A stretch of 55,162 nucleotides of DNA from a virus (Duplodnaviria > Heunggongvirae > Uroviricota > Caudoviricetes). The notes under the pieces are model-generated. The model was not told the DNA's origin. It searched no databases and saw only the letters and a list, made by a program, of their open reading frames with translations. The number at the start of each line of letters is the position of its first letter. The stretch's first letter is position 1. The translations under genes and the position numbers were made by a program. The stretch lies in IMG/VR virus record IMGVR_UViG_3300029718_000386. One strand, written 5' to 3'. This document shows positions 18,355-27,520 of this stretch, piece by piece.

Positions 18355-18478
18355 AAATTTGCTTATTACAGACATTTAAGGCCACCGATTCTTTCGGTGG
18401 CCTTTTTTGTTTTGTACTATACATAACGCTTAAAACCGTGGGCTTTTCCGTTCCGGTTTTGTAAACATACACTGGTGG

Positions 18479-18610
18479 TACTCCCACAGGCGTACCTTGT
18501 CAAACTTTCTGCAGATACACAAAAAGAGCTCGCTTTGCAGCGGGCTCTTTTGTTTTGTTATTAACCTACATACTATTGTTGCGACACTCTGGGCAACTGT
18601 TGTTGCGAAT
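18479..18610. repeat. Degenerate direct-repeat copy of 22441-22537 joined to 22671-22706
   Basis: ~95 bp near-identical (promoter -35, terminator, last codons of the 22524 gene), then a second homologous block after an internal deletion. Confidence 0.85.
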
Positions 18611-18657
18611 TCGCTTTGAAATTTCGTCTATACCGCCTGGTATTGCCCGCACTTAAA

Positions 18658-19353
18658 CTATGTACGTTCAATATTCGACAAACACAGAACAAAATTAGTA
18701 TGTCGCTCTAATGAATGCAGTCCTTTCATAATGAAATTCCAAGATTCGTGATAACCGTCAGCGACCGTGAAATCTGAATTGCCAATAAACTGAATAAACT
18801 CAGGAATGTTATTTTGATACTTCTTTGCAAAGGTCAACGAATCATTTTCTTTTGCTTCATCTGAAGAGTTCATCTTATTGTATAGCACGTGATCTAAATT
18901 GCAAGACATATAGAAAACATTGTACGGAATACTGTGTATATTCAAAACAGAAAGAAGTTTCTTTAGATTTTTGCTTTTTCTAACATTTCGCTCAAGAATT
19001 TTTTCTCTGTTTTTTGTGTGAATTTCTTTAATTGTATATTCAGTTTTCAATGAACCTGCGTCTTGTACAACAGCACTTTCATCCACAAACGCACCATCTG
19101 TATCAACAATGTGAATAATACGCAAAAAGTCACCGCTTTTAAACGAAGCACCGAAGCGAGAGCGAATAGACATATTGATCTTGGAGACAATATTTCCTGG
19201 CGTAGTCGATAGCTCAGAGGTTATATCCGATCTCATAACGTGAACAATCACCTCATTCTGCCTAAACAAACGATTCATAATAACGCCAAGCGCGGTTTCA
19301 TCAGAAGGACCTTCGACAATAACCAAAACAATTTTCTTACGGTTCGGATGCAT
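18658..19353 (-). CDS. TOPRIM-like protein (RloB/AbiLii/AriB-like partner of an ABC ATPase)
   Basis: IVLVIVEGPSDE and IVDTDG (E...DxD TOPRIM signature); likely start ATG 19353 after GGGAGG. Confidence 0.7.
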   Translation of the reverse strand: MHPNRKKIVLVIVEGPSDETALGVIMNRLFRQNEVIVHVMRSDITSELSTTPGNIVSKINMSIRSRFGASFKSGDFLRIIHIVDTDGAFVDESAVVQDAGSLKTEYTIKEIHTKNREKILERNVRKSKNLKKLLSVLNIHSIPYNVFYMSCNLDHVLYNKMNSSDEAKENDSLTFAKKYQNNIPEFIQFIGNSDFTVADGYHESWNFIMKGLHSLERHTNFVLCLSNIERT

Positions 19354-20752
19354 GATTAGCCTCCCTGAAAGCCAAAGCAATCTCGCTGTTATTCGTAGAA
19401 TTGTATAACGGCTCACTTTGCCCGCCAAGTAACAAATCGTGATAATAACAGTTGCGCAAATTGTTTGTGGATTTAACATAAGCCATTCGCATATAGCGAT
19501 TTTCTGGATTAGTAGTTGTGAAGGCGATAAAACGCTTATCCAGAGTCTCCAACGGTCTTAGATTATGCGAAGTAAATATTAGTTGCCCCTTTCCCTGTTC
19601 TGCAATAACCCTCAGAATTTCTCCAAGCAAATACTCAAAAATCCCAGAATCGAGCTCATCGATTGCAACGGTAATTGAAGGCTTATTATACACGACGATA
19701 AGAAGTTGCAAAACAGAAATCAGTTTTCTGATGCCCTCAGATTCATATTTGAGCGGGATTTCTTTTTGTTCCCTCTTCGCCATCAACTGAATATTAACAC
19801 CCTTATTCCCATTTTTTAATATCTGAGAATCCAATATCATCAAATCGATAATTAGCCCAGGAATCAACTGTTGTAAAACAATATTCATACTACTGATTAC
19901 TTTTTTTACAGTATCAAGCGCAAATTCCGGAATGAGAGAAGCTCCGTTTAGCTTTAATAAAACGCTGCCAACAATTTCTTTATCTCCATCACGATACTTA
20001 AATGAAATCGGCAATGCATCCATGCTAATCAGCGCCGTATTTGTTGTATTAATAACAAAAAGCTGCCGATTACCATAAGTCACGAGGCTTTCTAGGACGC
20101 CACGTACCATATCATTCGCACAATTCTTTCGCATTATATTCAAGAACTCACGAGAAAACACAAAAGAACGAGAAGTTGCACGTGTCAAATGCTTTGCAAC
20201 AATCAGATCCGTAAGCACTGATTTTTCCTTGCCTACAATCATGTCTCTTTGTACAACTGGAATAAACACTTTATTATCATCAACACCAGTATCAATTACC
20301 GGATGCAGCCTGGATCTTTTTTCCGGAATGTTTTGGACGCAAGAAAGTACTTCATCAAAGACCACAACATGGTTTGACTCCGCATCTGGCTGTGAATCAA
20401 CATTTTGAGTTTCTTCATTTACTTCTTGAGAGATCTTTACTTCGTAAACAACAAAAATTACATGCTCGTTATCTCCACCGTTGATTTCAAATGTATATTG
20501 GATTTTCGAATAACGGCTCCCCACATAAACCAAATCCGCAAAATAATTTGGCACGGGAGATCCGGTCAGAAGAAGCCTAAGCAATTCTAAGGCATCAATT
20601 AAAGCCGTTTTTCCAGATCCATTTTGGCCATAAAGTCCAAGAATGCTCGCATTATGCTGGGGTTCTGTACCTTCTAATTTTAGAAGACCGTGCTTAACAT
20701 TTTTTAGATCACAAATGTCGAGACCAACAATTCTCACAACTGGAGTATGCAT
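19337..20752 (-). CDS. ABC-type ATPase of the AAA_21/RloA class (defence-associated)
   Basis: GLYGQNGSGKT, LKYESEGIRKL, IAIDELDSG, QLIFTSHN. Confidence 0.85.
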   Translation of the reverse strand: MHTPVVRIVGLDICDLKNVKHGLLKLEGTEPQHNASILGLYGQNGSGKTALIDALELLRLLLTGSPVPNYFADLVYVGSRYSKIQYTFEINGGDNEHVIFVVYEVKISQEVNEETQNVDSQPDAESNHVVVFDEVLSCVQNIPEKRSRLHPVIDTGVDDNKVFIPVVQRDMIVGKEKSVLTDLIVAKHLTRATSRSFVFSREFLNIMRKNCANDMVRGVLESLVTYGNRQLFVINTTNTALISMDALPISFKYRDGDKEIVGSVLLKLNGASLIPEFALDTVKKVISSMNIVLQQLIPGLIIDLMILDSQILKNGNKGVNIQLMAKREQKEIPLKYESEGIRKLISVLQLLIVVYNKPSITVAIDELDSGIFEYLLGEILRVIAEQGKGQLIFTSHNLRPLETLDKRFIAFTTTNPENRYMRMAYVKSTNNLRNCYYHDLLLGGQSEPLYNSTNNSEIALAFREANHASEP

Positions 20753-20982
20753 AAACTCACCCTTTCAAGAACACATAATTATCTTTCTCTGTTATTATTA
20801 TATCACAATATAGGCAAAACAGTCAACACTAATATCAATATTGAAATATTATATTTCAATGTTTAATTACATTCAGCCAAGAAACAACAAAAAAGATCCG
20901 AACGGATCACCTTTTTTTAATAACATTATCTTTTGCTTTCAACATTACATCATTTTCTCTTACTTCAAAGTCAATCATCTCT

Positions 20983-21075
20983 TTTTCTCCTTTCAAATTT
21001 ATAACTTTTTTGTAATAAGCGTAAGAAAAGCAGCCACTGATCATCAGCAGCTGCAATCGAAGTTAACTTTATAAT
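20983..21075 (-). promoter_or_regulatory. Repeated leader, copy A (hairpin, U-tract, conserved spacer, GAAAGGAG RBS) before a 23-aa stub at 20907-20978
   Basis: CTTATTACAAAAAAGTTATAAATTTGAAAGGAGA is identical to copy B. Confidence 0.7.
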
Positions 21076-21132
21076 TTCGAGTAAAATCATGCAGCCAACC
21101 GTTCGCAAAGCTGGGCCAGTCGTCCGCATGCA

Positions 21133-21762
21133 CTACAATGTGATTTCGAACAAATCTTTAATTTTGCAAGATAACGCCTGTGCCAATGCGGCCACCGTAT
21201 CTGCCTTTGCTATATTGATATTCTTGCGCCTTTGTTCGTACTGTTGTATTGTCCTTAAAGGCACTTTTGAGTATTTGGCAAGTTGGCTTTGTGTCAATCC
21301 GGCAGCAATTCTTCTTATCTTTAAGTTGGAATCCGGATTTTTCTGCGCATATAGACGATCCAAACTGTCAACAAACTGCATAATATCCATTTCGTGATAT
21401 TTGGGATACATTTTTACAATATCTTTAATTGAAATAAAGGCATTGATTTGTTCAAATGATAAGGCAGTGTACCACTGATAATAAGCAAGTGCCCACCCGG
21501 TCCAATATTCCGGACTTCTGTTCATAGCAAATTTCGGTTCGGTATCGCTGTTTCCAACTATATCATAAGCCAGTTCTACGCCAGATTTACCTGCAATCAA
21601 AGCCGAGCTTCCTGTCTCAAACGCTTTGGCAAACTTTGACTCACAAAACAGTGTATAAAAATCCTGAATATTGTACTTTAAGTCATGCACAGCAAAATCC
21701 AGCATTGTTCCTAACATTGTTCTTGCTTGTTCTAAATATGTTTCATCGTAGGCGTGGATCAT
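21133..21762 (-). CDS. XRE HTH protein usually paired with DUF3990
   Basis: YWTGWALAYYQW motif; C-terminal LKIRRIAAGLTQSQLA...QQYEQ HTH. Confidence 0.8.
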   Translation of the reverse strand: MIHAYDETYLEQARTMLGTMLDFAVHDLKYNIQDFYTLFCESKFAKAFETGSSALIAGKSGVELAYDIVGNSDTEPKFAMNRSPEYWTGWALAYYQWYTALSFEQINAFISIKDIVKMYPKYHEMDIMQFVDSLDRLYAQKNPDSNLKIRRIAAGLTQSQLAKYSKVPLRTIQQYEQRRKNINIAKADTVAALAQALSCKIKDLFEITL

Positions 21763-22417
21763 CTGCAGTCATCCTTTCATCCAAAATTTGTGTAATGTAT
21801 AAATCCCCTCTTTGTCTTTTGTTCCTTTCTGCATCGAAGTATTCTCGGCGAGCTAATTTGTCACGACTTTCCTTTTGTGCAAACCACGTGTCAGCATCAG
21901 CGTAGTGATTATCTACATATTTTAATAACGAGAATGCCTTTTTGCTTTTTAGTACAAATTGCTGTCCCAAGTTGCCAAATTTCATTGCGTTACTTAATTG
22001 CCTGTAAGAAATCATGCCGCTTAAAAAATCCTGTGCAAAAGCAAAATAACTGTCGTCGGCTCTGTATCCGACAATCACATCACAGTCTTGATAATTCACG
22101 TGAAAATTATGCAAAATATACTCTTTTGCTTCTACCGCAAGAGGTGTATTTACAGTAAAGCGCCTGTTTTCTAATAACACAGCAAGCCAATGCAAAAAAG
22201 TAAAATGCTCATCATTCAGATCTAATATTGACAATTGTGATTCGTCAATTTCATATTGATTTGCATATCCATTGCGGTCCAAATCAACCGCCCATTCCAT
22301 AGCAAGATCTAAATCCTCTGTGCAGTAGAAACCGAGCCCATAATCGTTATACTGCTTTCCTTTTCCGTATACAGGAACTTTGACAATATCTTTTGAACCA
22401 TGATATAGCGTTTTCAT
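21743..22417 (-). CDS. DUF3990-family protein (ADP-ribosyltransferase-like fold)
   Basis: LYHGS...NDYGLGFYCT...A..WA...DVIVGYRADD; perfect TTGACA-17-TATAAT promoter at 22465..22437. Confidence 0.75.
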   Translation of the reverse strand: MKTLYHGSKDIVKVPVYGKGKQYNDYGLGFYCTEDLDLAMEWAVDLDRNGYANQYEIDESQLSILDLNDEHFTFLHWLAVLLENRRFTVNTPLAVEAKEYILHNFHVNYQDCDVIVGYRADDSYFAFAQDFLSGMISYRQLSNAMKFGNLGQQFVLKSKKAFSLLKYVDNHYADADTWFAQKESRDKLARREYFDAERNKRQRGDLYITQILDERMTADDPRLR

Positions 22418-22523
22418 ATTATCACCTCACACCAATATTATACTCCCACAGGCGTACCTTGTCAAACTTTCTGTAGGTACACAAAAAAGAGCTCGCTTTG
22501 CAGCGGGCTCTTTTGTTTTGTTA

Positions 22524-23129
22524 TTAACCTACATACTCACAATACACGACTAAATATCGCGTAGGCGCCTTTGCAGCGCGTCTTTCTTTTTCGGCAACAA
22601 TGGAAGCCTTTAAGCCGTCAATTCGGGCGTTGAACGCATCCAGTCGCTTCTGTACTGTATCAGACAACATATTGTTGAGACACACTGGGCAACTGTTATT
22701 GTGAATGTAGTCTTTATTGACTTTGGATCCACAACGTTTGCAACTAATGTACTTAGCCTGCAAATTTTGCACATTGTGTGCATTGTAATATGCATGTCGC
22801 TTGGACATTTCGTCTTGAAGTCGTTTCTCCAGCGTCAGAAGCCGCTTATTGTTCGGCAGACTGTCCGTATCGAGAAAAGGAATACATTTCTGATATGGTC
22901 TGTGAAAAGCTGCATAACTTTTTTCGTACCATTCTTCTGCTGATTGCAAGCTCTTACAACAACTTTCAGGCGGATAAATCGGTGTGATATTACCAATATC
23001 TTCCCCCATATTTGAAAACTCTTCAAGGTCCGCATTGTGTCTCACCTGACCAACGATTTGTGCTCTTGCTTTTGCAAGGGATTGTTGACTGATCGAATCA
23101 ATAACGAATTCTCCACTAATCCAACTCAT
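22524..23129 (-). CDS. Hypothetical protein with zinc ribbon and coiled coil
   Basis: CKRCGS...CPVC; AAGGAG RBS; terminator at 22485-22515. Confidence 0.75.
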   Translation of the reverse strand: MSWISGEFVIDSISQQSLAKARAQIVGQVRHNADLEEFSNMGEDIGNITPIYPPESCCKSLQSAEEWYEKSYAAFHRPYQKCIPFLDTDSLPNNKRLLTLEKRLQDEMSKRHAYYNAHNVQNLQAKYISCKRCGSKVNKDYIHNNSCPVCLNNMLSDTVQKRLDAFNARIDGLKASIVAEKERRAAKAPTRYLVVYCEYVG

Positions 23130-23143
23130 TCTTATTCTCCTTG

Positions 23144-23356
23144 TTATTTTTTATGTGCTAAGATAGCTTCTCGCACAGCGTTTGCGCTGCTATCTGGATT
23201 CAAAATAGATTCACAACCTAATCCATAGTGCATTGTGTCGAGCTCAATTCTGTTTTTCTCAATGAATGCTGAAACAATAGCGTCATTTTGTATAAAACTA
23301 AAAGCCGCATTTGCTCTTTTCCGCAATGCTTCATCAATGTATTTTGGAATACGCAT
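23144..23356 (-). CDS. Hypothetical protein
   Basis: AAGGAG RBS, operonic spacing. Confidence 0.7.
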   Translation of the reverse strand: MRIPKYIDEALRKRANAAFSFIQNDAIVSAFIEKNRIELDTMHYGLGCESILNPDSSANAVREAILAHKK

Positions 23357-23366
23357 ATTTTTCTCC

Positions 23367-23750
23367 TTAATGCCCTACATGGTCTACATACAAGATGATA
23401 CATGGTTTCCAGAATGCATCGTACTCGGCAATCTTTTGTTTCACGACAGAATCAAACTCTTCGTCCGATAAGTTATCATACCGCTCTTCTCCTTCGAGAA
23501 CAGTATAGACATCATCTTCAAAATCATCTTTGTCCGTATAGCACCTACATTCGTCAATTTGTTGGTCGCAGTCAAGAAATTCTCCCTTTGTTGCGCTTAC
23601 ATAGTTGCAGCTCATATAGGTATAGTCACCTGTGTTTGTGTCGTCTCCTGCAAACACCACGATAGGCAAATCCGGGTTTTCTGCAATGAGTTGTTTAAGC
23701 TCATCTGCTGAATGTAATAGGCCACTCGGCTTTCTTTCTTTGTTAGTCAT
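23367..23750 (-). CDS. Hypothetical acidic protein, paralog 1
   Basis: MTNKERK..GLLHSADELK; AAAGGAG RBS. Confidence 0.75.
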   Translation of the reverse strand: MTNKERKPSGLLHSADELKQLIAENPDLPIVVFAGDDTNTGDYTYMSCNYVSATKGEFLDCDQQIDECRCYTDKDDFEDDVYTVLEGEERYDNLSDEEFDSVVKQKIAEYDAFWKPCIILYVDHVGH

Positions 23751-23848
23751 TATTTTTTCTCCTTTAATATTCTACCGTTTCTGACGGATAATGAAAAAAT
23801 GGATGTCGTTCGCACACTCAATGTCTTTTGGAATTCTCATATTTTTTC

Positions 23849-24418
23849 TCAATTGTCTACCAGCAATAGAATGCAGGGCTTCCAAAAATCATCGTACTCA
23901 TTGACCGTTCGCTCTACGAGGGAATTAAATTCATCGTCTGGCAAATCTCTATACTGTTCTTCACCAGCCAAAAAATCTGCTACATCGTCTTCAAAGTCAT
24001 CCCTATCTGTGTAGCACTTGCACGCGTCGATTTTCTGCTTACAATCAAGAAACTCGCCTTCTTGTGCGCGTACACGACTACAACTCATAAAGCCATAGTC
24101 GCCAATGTTCGCGTTATCTCCGGCAAGTACCAAAATCGGCAACTCTTGGTGCTCTAAAATGAGCCGTTTCAGTTCATCCGCAGAATGCAATAGACCGGTC
24201 TGCTTCCTTTCTTTGTTAGTCATAGTCTTTTCCTTTCTACATCCGCAATTTGGACAATAATTATAAGTCAGAGACACCCAGCTATTACAATTTGAACAAG
24301 TATAGTAAATGCTCTTTGTTCCCATCGACGTTCCAAAACCAAGTTCGTGGAAAGCCTTCATTTGCTTTTCATCCGGATCATGTCTAATCCAGTGAGCAAG
24401 CTTCTCTGTATTTGGCAT
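23849..24418 (-). CDS. Zinc-ribbon phage-like domain in frame with acidic paralog 2 (internal start at 24223)
   Basis: CSNC...YNYCPNCG then MTNKERK..GLLHSADELK; RBS before both 24418 and 24223. Confidence 0.65.
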   Translation of the reverse strand: MPNTEKLAHWIRHDPDEKQMKAFHELGFGTSMGTKSIYYTCSNCNSWVSLTYNYCPNCGCRKEKTMTNKERKQTGLLHSADELKRLILEHQELPILVLAGDNANIGDYGFMSCSRVRAQEGEFLDCKQKIDACKCYTDRDDFEDDVADFLAGEEQYRDLPDDEFNSLVERTVNEYDDFWKPCILLLVDN

Positions 24419-24458
24419 TCTTTGTTTTCCTTTCCAGTTTTGCATATATAAGCATTGC

Positions 24459-24626
24459 TTATAAGCAATCGATGTCAATATTGATTTCATCTTCTTGCTC
24501 ATCATCAACAGCTACGTAACAAATTCCGTCAATGTTCGCAGCAAGCTGGCAGCAATCCAAATCGTCCCCCATTTTGGAAACGAAATCGTCTCGTCCAATT
24601 TCGATAACCTTAAAATATCGTGCCAT
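24459..24626 (-). CDS. 55-aa acidic protein, not in the ORF track
   Basis: MARYFKVIEIGRDDFVSKMGDDLDCC...DDEQEDEINIDIDCL; AGGAGGAG RBS; TAATG overlap. Confidence 0.65.
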   Translation of the reverse strand: MARYFKVIEIGRDDFVSKMGDDLDCCQLAANIDGICYVAVDDEQEDEINIDIDCL

Positions 24627-24853
24627 TAATAAGTCTCCTCCTTAGGAATATCTGGCAATTCTTGCCAATGAGTGACAACTAAGTCACGGCTATCTTCCTC
24701 ACCAGTATTAAAACCGTAAGAGAACCATGCATCACCATTATAGCATCCAACATACCTACCACCAAAGTCTGTATAGATAAGAACTTGTCTTGGCGAATCT
24801 GGTAGATTGTCCTTTACGCTGATCCAACCGTTATTAGGTGTGTGATTACTCAT
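24626..24853 (-). CDS. DUF551-like phage protein
   Basis: WISVKDNLP...VLIY...VTHWQELP. Confidence 0.75.
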   Translation of the reverse strand: MSNHTPNNGWISVKDNLPDSPRQVLIYTDFGGRYVGCYNGDAWFSYGFNTGEEDSRDLVVTHWQELPDIPKEETY

Positions 24854-25275
24854 TTTGTTTTCTCCTTTGACTCAATATTACTGCAATTTTTGTTTGTAAA
24901 TTTATCACAGAAATACACACTGGTGTCATTGTCGTACTTGAACGGCGAAACACAAGACTCGTCATAGAGACAATCCTTACATGTAACGCAATTTTCATTA
25001 TCATCGCCATATCTGTTCATCAGAGTGGTTAGATCTTGAAGATAGATTTCATAATTAATAGGCCTCTTGCCCCAATCCAATGCTTGACCACACTTTGCAC
25101 AGTATGGACTCATACCAACAATTGTGCCACACATCGGGCAAACCATATTATCGTCGTCCTCGATTGGCTTTTTAGGAATTTGCTTCTCAAGTGCCCAAAT
25201 TGCAGCATCTTCTTCCATGAGTTGCATCGTATCTCGTCTACGCTTGAAGTATGCAAGTGCTTGTTCAGCTCTCAC
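24850..25275 (-). CDS. Phage-like zinc-finger protein
   Basis: ALEKQIPKKP...CPMCG...YCAKCGQALDW; GTG start after AGGAGG. Confidence 0.7.
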   Translation of the reverse strand: MRAEQALAYFKRRRDTMQLMEEDAAIWALEKQIPKKPIEDDDNMVCPMCGTIVGMSPYCAKCGQALDWGKRPINYEIYLQDLTTLMNRYGDDNENCVTCKDCLYDESCVSPFKYDNDTSVYFCDKFTNKNCSNIESKEKTK

Positions 25276-25426
25276 TTTTACAATCCTCCTGATCTTCCAA
25301 ATAAACATCAATCGCATCCACCAGCTGATCGCAAAGACTCAGAATGGTATATGTGTTTGCGTCCTCAACCGTAGTGTCAGAAACATCAGATGCCATATCT
25401 CTCAATTTCTCAAACTTTTCCTTCAT
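25265..25426 (-). CDS. 53-aa acidic protein, first gene after leader B, not in the ORF track
   Basis: MKEKFEKLRDMASDVSDTTVEDANTYTILSLCDQLVDAIDVYLEDQEDCKSES; GAAAGGAG RBS. Confidence 0.7.
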   Translation of the reverse strand: MKEKFEKLRDMASDVSDTTVEDANTYTILSLCDQLVDAIDVYLEDQEDCKSES

Positions 25427-25432
25427 AAAAAT

Positions 25433-25552
25433 CTCCTTTCAAATTTATAACTTTTTTGTAATAAGTACAAAAAAAGAACAGTCATCGCAAAAAGATAACC
25501 GTTCTTAAATTAACTTATAAAATAATTATATCACATTTCATTTTGCACGCAA
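25433..25552 (-). promoter_or_regulatory. Repeated leader, copy B
   Basis: TG-A-TATAAT, ATAAGT, hairpin AAGAACGGTTATC/GATGACTGTTCTT, T-tract, ACTTAT, GAAAGGAG. Confidence 0.8.
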
Positions 25553-25599
25553 AACAACAAAAAAAGAGAAGTCCGAAGACTTCCCTTTTGTTATGAATA

Positions 25600-25767
25600 T
25601 CAATTTTCGTAAAGATAATCCAAATATTCGGCTTCTGATGCTGACCCGTAGTCATACATTTCCTGCAACTCAGCCTTTGTACACCGTCTGCAAAGCTCTT
25701 CAGGATTTTTAATGCCATCCCAGTGTGCAAACTCTACGATCAGATTTGCCAATTCAGTTTTTGTCAT
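25600..25767 (-). CDS. 55-aa hypothetical protein, not in the ORF track
   Basis: MTKTELANLIVEFAHWDG...EAEYLDYLYEN; AAAGGAG RBS; terminator at 25561-25590. Confidence 0.65.
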   Translation of the reverse strand: MTKTELANLIVEFAHWDGIKNPEELCRRCTKAELQEMYDYGSASEAEYLDYLYEN

Positions 25768-25821
25768 TATCTTTTCTCCTTTCTCGGTTGGTTAGGCATC
25801 TCTCGCCAATGAGTAATGTCT

Positions 25822-26394
25822 TCACCACTGGCAACAAGTGCTTGCCCAACTATCACTTTTGCAATCCCCTTTTGAAACATAATACGCACTACACACGTCG
25901 CTCCAAGCTATTCTGCCGTCCTCGACAGGAAAATTACTGTTGATTTCTTCGAGCACTTCATTCGGAATTTCTGTGATATCACCAAAAGGCAAATTGTCTT
26001 TTACCTCTTTTCCAAATGGTGTTACGAAAAGAAATTCGTTTAAAAACCTACAATAATCCTCAATTGTGTGAATGTTTAATTTTTGCATTGTTTCTTTGTC
26101 AAGTGGCAAATATTTGATTCTTCTTTTAGACTGAAGGAGAGCCACAAAACGAAGCAAAGAGAGACCGATTAAAAACACAGCAGAATTAATGATAAATGTT
26201 ACCACAAATGTTACGTATTTCTCATCAGAAGGCGAACATATTGTAACAATTGTCGGTATAATTGCCAACAAAATACCTATTATCAAAATCATAAGAACAA
26301 CTGAAAGAATATCGGTTGTTCTTCCTTTTCTTTTTCGAACGAGTTTTTCTTTTGTTCCTTGATTGACATCAATATCTATATCTTTGTATTTCAT
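25822..26394 (-). CDS. Two-TM membrane protein, paralog of 35281..35772
   Basis: Two hydrophobic helices, then LPL...DY..FLNE.L. Confidence 0.75.
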   Translation of the reverse strand: MKYKDIDIDVNQGTKEKLVRKRKGRTTDILSVVLMILIIGILLAIIPTIVTICSPSDEKYVTFVVTFIINSAVFLIGLSLLRFVALLQSKRRIKYLPLDKETMQKLNIHTIEDYCRFLNEFLFVTPFGKEVKDNLPFGDITEIPNEVLEEINSNFPVEDGRIAWSDVCSAYYVSKGDCKSDSWASTCCQW

Positions 26395-26409
26395 ATTTTT
26401 CTCCTTAAC

Positions 26410-26616
26410 TTATTTATCGTCAACAATACGACATTCCAATATTATTCCCCTCTTTTTGTCCTCTTTAAATTTATTGAGCAAAAATTCATCGTACTCAAGT
26501 TGAGTTCTATCTCCCTTAAAAATACTGGGCATTGTCACAAACGCTAAATGAGTATTGAATTCTTTAAAAACAGAAGGGTCAGAAATATGTCTATATTTAA
26601 TCTTCATAGAGTTCAA
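26410..26616 (-). CDS. Hypothetical protein
   Basis: Fills an operonic gap; start codon uncertain. Confidence 0.55.
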   Translation of the reverse strand: MNSMKIKYRHISDPSVFKEFNTHLAFVTMPSIFKGDRTQLEYDEFLLNKFKEDKKRGIILECRIVDDK

Positions 26617-26803
26617 TATCAGACTCTAAATCCAGTTCGTCTGACTCAGGAACATAATCCGCATCTTCTGGAAGTGGTAACCAATCCCAATGTTCCTTCA
26701 ACCACTTGATGGCATCATCTCTGGTTTGTACACTATCCGGAACCGTTGTGGTTGCATAACCATATGCTTCGTATGCTACGCCATATCTTACTTTTTTTGC
26801 CAT
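26597..26803 (-). CDS. Small acidic protein
   Basis: AAGGAG RBS; Asp/Glu-rich C-terminus. Confidence 0.7.
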   Translation of the reverse strand: MAKKVRYGVAYEAYGYATTTVPDSVQTRDDAIKWLKEHWDWLPLPEDADYVPESDELDLESDIELYED

Positions 26804-26814
26804 AACTATTCTCC

Positions 26815-27501
26815 TTATTGTTTTTTGTTCAAATATTCACACCATAATTGATGAAATTCTGCATCTTGCAGCGTATCATCAAATACAGTTCTTTCTATTT
26901 TGAAATCATTGTTTGAAGAAACGCCATCAATGATGCAAAACAGATTGAATACAATGGATTGGCAGCATTCTCTGACAAGTTCTTTGCCTGAATATTTGCT
27001 CTTATAAGCATCAACCCAATAGCGAACTTCCGAGATCATATTCACCACATCAAAAGCCTTTTTGTTATAAAGACACGGCTTGATAAGATCCATTGCCTCA
27101 TAACCAAAATTAAACAGTTGACTTGCTAAATCCGAGTATTCCGAAATGCAAATTTGTACCGTGGATTCAATTTCTCGAGATATCAACTCAAACAAAGATT
27201 CTAATGAACCATCGTATTTAGCTTCTGTTTCTGCAGGTGTGTTTCCGTCTAAAAGATCAGCTGCTCTACGATACAAATCTTGCACCTGATCGTACAAATC
27301 AGCAGGCAGTCCCACCTCATCAAGAAGCTGACCAAGTGTCCCGGTGATTTCGTCTGCTGTGATAGTTTCAGGCAAATTTTCCGGAGTTACAATATAATCT
27401 TTTTCTATGAGTTGGGATAGTCCGTTATCGGCGATTCTTACCCAAAACTCACCGTCACCTTTATAACCAGTCGTTTCAGCTTTAATGAAAACTTTACTCA
27501 T
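26815..27501 (-). CDS. Hypothetical acidic protein
   Basis: 228-aa ORF with AAAGGAG RBS. Confidence 0.75.
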   Translation of the reverse strand: MSKVFIKAETTGYKGDGEFWVRIADNGLSQLIEKDYIVTPENLPETITADEITGTLGQLLDEVGLPADLYDQVQDLYRRAADLLDGNTPAETEAKYDGSLESLFELISREIESTVQICISEYSDLASQLFNFGYEAMDLIKPCLYNKKAFDVVNMISEVRYWVDAYKSKYSGKELVRECCQSIVFNLFCIIDGVSSNNDFKIERTVFDDTLQDAEFHQLWCEYLNKKQ

Positions 27502-27520
27502 ATTATAAATTTCTCCTTTT

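Noticed and set aside
19354..19479. N-terminal extension of the 18658 ORF in the ORF track
   Set aside because: It lies inside the ATPase gene; the ATG at 19353 has a GGGAGG RBS and is followed directly by the TOPRIM motif
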